In this document: one piece after another, positions 62,495 to 64,000 of the stretch
How positions within the stretch are numbered: the first letter of the stretch is position 1
Layout: each line of letters opens with the position of its first letter
Assembly (NCBI GenBank): GCA_964594835.1
Contig: CAZQNA010000004.1
Coordinates: 64,001-128,000 of the forward strand
Source: an uncultured Nitrososphaerota archaeon
Lineage (GTDB): Archaea > Korarchaeota > Korarchaeia > Korarchaeales > Korarchaeaceae
Length of the DNA: 64,000 bases
Direction of reading: 5' to 3'
The notes under the pieces: model-generated
Seen by the model: the letters and a program-made list of their open reading frames with translations, nothing else
Database searches by the model: none
Told to the model about the DNA's origin: nothing
Made by a program: the position numbers and the translations under genes

Positions 62495-63643
62495 GTGGGC
62501 GGATTGGGCTCAGGTGAGCGTCGCCAAGTTGCCGTCGTCGGGGCGGGGCCGGCGGGCGTCGCGGCGGCCAACCTCCTGGCGGAGTCCGGCGCGGACGTCG
62601 TCCTCATAACCCGTGAGAGGGAGCCAGGGAGGCCCACGATCTGCGGAGAGTTTGTTCCCGAGCCCGACTGGGCCAGGTCCATCCTCCCGGAGCACCTCTG
62701 GTGGTCGGTCGACTTCACCTACGAGCTCCTGGACCTCCCGAGAACCACCCTAACGCGCATAGAGACCCTAGAGCTGAGGCTCGGGTCGAGGAGAACCGTC
62801 GAACTCGAGTTCCCCTCCAGGGTCCTGGACAGGGCCGAGTCCATAGGGACGGCCGCCTCTCGGGCGGGGAGGGCGGGGGCCCAGCTGATGCTTGGGACCA
62901 CCCTCGTGGACCTATCCGTGGAGGGCGGCGGCGTGGAGGTCCGCCTGAGGAGGGAGGGGAGGCCCCTCTCCCTCACCGTCGACTGGCTCGTGGCCGCGGA
63001 CGGGGTTCCCTCCACGGCCGCCAGGTCGGCGGGCCTCCCACCCCACAGGGAGGTGGCCCTGGCCGTCAACCAGAGGAGGTCAGGGGTGGAGTACCCCGAG
63101 GATCGCCTGCTCATGTGGGTCGACTCGAGGGTGGCCCCCGGGGGGTACGCCTGGATAATCCCGCGGGGGGGCGGCGTGGCGAACGTGGGCCTGGGGTACC
63201 CCGTGCCGGGGGGCCGCGGCGCCGGCGAGTACTTCCGCAGGCTCCTGTCCTCCCTGCCCGAGCTATCGGCATCGTCCCCAGAGGGGGACCTCAGGGGGCG
63301 TCTGCTCCCGGTCGCCGGCCTGAGGGGGAGACTGCACGCGGGCCGACTGATCCTGGCCGGAGACGCCGCGGGGACCTGCATCCCGTCCAACGGAGGGGGG
63401 ATAAACACAGCCATGATATCCGGCGCCCTCGCGGCCCAGTCCGTCCTGAACCGAGGGGGCGGGTCCGCCTACGAGTCGGCCGTCAGGGCGAGCCTGGGGC
63501 CTATCCTGGAGAGGGCGCTGAGGTTCAGGAGGCTGGCGACGTTCCTGATGAGGTCAACCCTCCTCTGGGATCTCGTCGGCGTCCTCCTACCCGAGGGGCT
63601 CATCAGGTCGGCGGTCACTCTCTCGAGCTGGCCCTCGGGCTGA
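62495..63643 (+). CDS. geranylgeranyl reductase family flavoprotein (DGGGPL reductase-like)
   Basis: GAGPAG, 'CGE', 'AADG..S', 'PGGYAWIIP', 'NVGLG', 'GDAAG...P..GGGI..A'. Confidence 0.85.
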   Translation: MGGLGSGERRQVAVVGAGPAGVAAANLLAESGADVVLITREREPGRPTICGEFVPEPDWARSILPEHLWWSVDFTYELLDLPRTTLTRIETLELRLGSRRTVELEFPSRVLDRAESIGTAASRAGRAGAQLMLGTTLVDLSVEGGGVEVRLRREGRPLSLTVDWLVAADGVPSTAARSAGLPPHREVALAVNQRRSGVEYPEDRLLMWVDSRVAPGGYAWIIPRGGGVANVGLGYPVPGGRGAGEYFRRLLSSLPELSASSPEGDLRGRLLPVAGLRGRLHAGRLILAGDAAGTCIPSNGGGINTAMISGALAAQSVLNRGGGSAYESAVRASLGPILERALRFRRLATFLMRSTLLWDLVGVLLPEGLIRSAVTLSSWPSG

Positions 63644-63998
63644 GGTCTCTCAGCCGGACCCTCGCCCTGCGGGTCGGGCTCCCCCACACCACCAGCACCT
63701 CGTCCTCCCGGAGCCTCTTGAGCTCGCGGATGCTCTCGCCGTCCAGCTGCCTGAGCGACCCCAGGATCTGGGACTGCCAGGAGGCCCTCAGTCCCGGGCA
63801 CAGCACCAGGACCGGGAAGACGTCCCAGAACCTTGCGTCCGCCGCAGAGTCCACCGCCAGGACTACCCCCCTACCCGCCAGCCTGGTCAGCAGGTCTCCC
63901 ACCTCGGCGCGGAGGCGGCGATCCGAGTCCCTGGAGACGCTGGAGGAGAGGGCCGTCGCCACCAGGAAAGACGGGTGATCCGTCGAGAGGGACTGCAT
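63615..63998 (-). CDS. hypothetical protein, probably the C-terminal part of a gene extending beyond the window
   Basis: Open frame reaches the window edge; '...ELKRL..DEVLV' weakly recalls HerA/FtsK-like C-termini. Confidence 0.35.
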   Translation of the reverse strand: MQSLSTDHPSFLVATALSSSVSRDSDRRLRAEVGDLLTRLAGRGVVLAVDSAADARFWDVFPVLVLCPGLRASWQSQILGSLRQLDGESIRELKRLREDEVLVVWGSPTRRARVRLRDLSPRASSRE

Positions 63999-64000
63999 TG

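Noticed and set aside
1293-63978. Numerous overlapping alternative-frame ORFs (Ser/Arg/Pro/Gly-rich), e.g. 23357-24703, 23637-24968, 62701-63978
   Set aside because: Expected in GC-rich DNA; each overlaps a gene with clear family motifs.

Overview
A gene-dense, GC-rich chromosomal segment from an archaeon, most likely a (hyper)thermophilic TACK-type lineage. Ribosomal protein S25e occurs together with an HMf-type histone, tetraether synthase and a BpsA-family polyamine synthase; a Korarchaeota-like assignment is plausible but not proven. Most genes are housekeeping: aIF2a-nop10, rpl12-alaS, radA with a LAGLIDADG intein, nurA-herA-mre11-rad50, tldD/pmbA, thiL, pyruvate kinase, dtdA, mtaB, tes-ggr, and three intron-less tRNAs with encoded CCA. 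There is also an S-layer/cell-surface cluster. I found no CRISPR array, transposase or integrase. The leading candidates for new biology are: (1) an AdoMetDC (SpeD) homologue lacking the pyruvoyl-forming serine, translationally coupled to bpsA (a possible archaeal 'prozyme'); (2) two apparently disabled sulfur carriers next to intact partner enzymes, a ThiS/ubiquitin-like protein without C-terminal GG and a TusA without Cys; (3) a PspA plus membrane-anchored winged-helix gene pair; (4) an ArcE-like/creatininase/pyruvate kinase operon; (5) GIY-YIG-HAD and TauE-DedA fusions; (6) a ~600-bp palindrome-rich non-coding region before the histone gene that shares a motif with the S-layer upstream region. 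All family calls come from motif recognition by eye, not from database searches.
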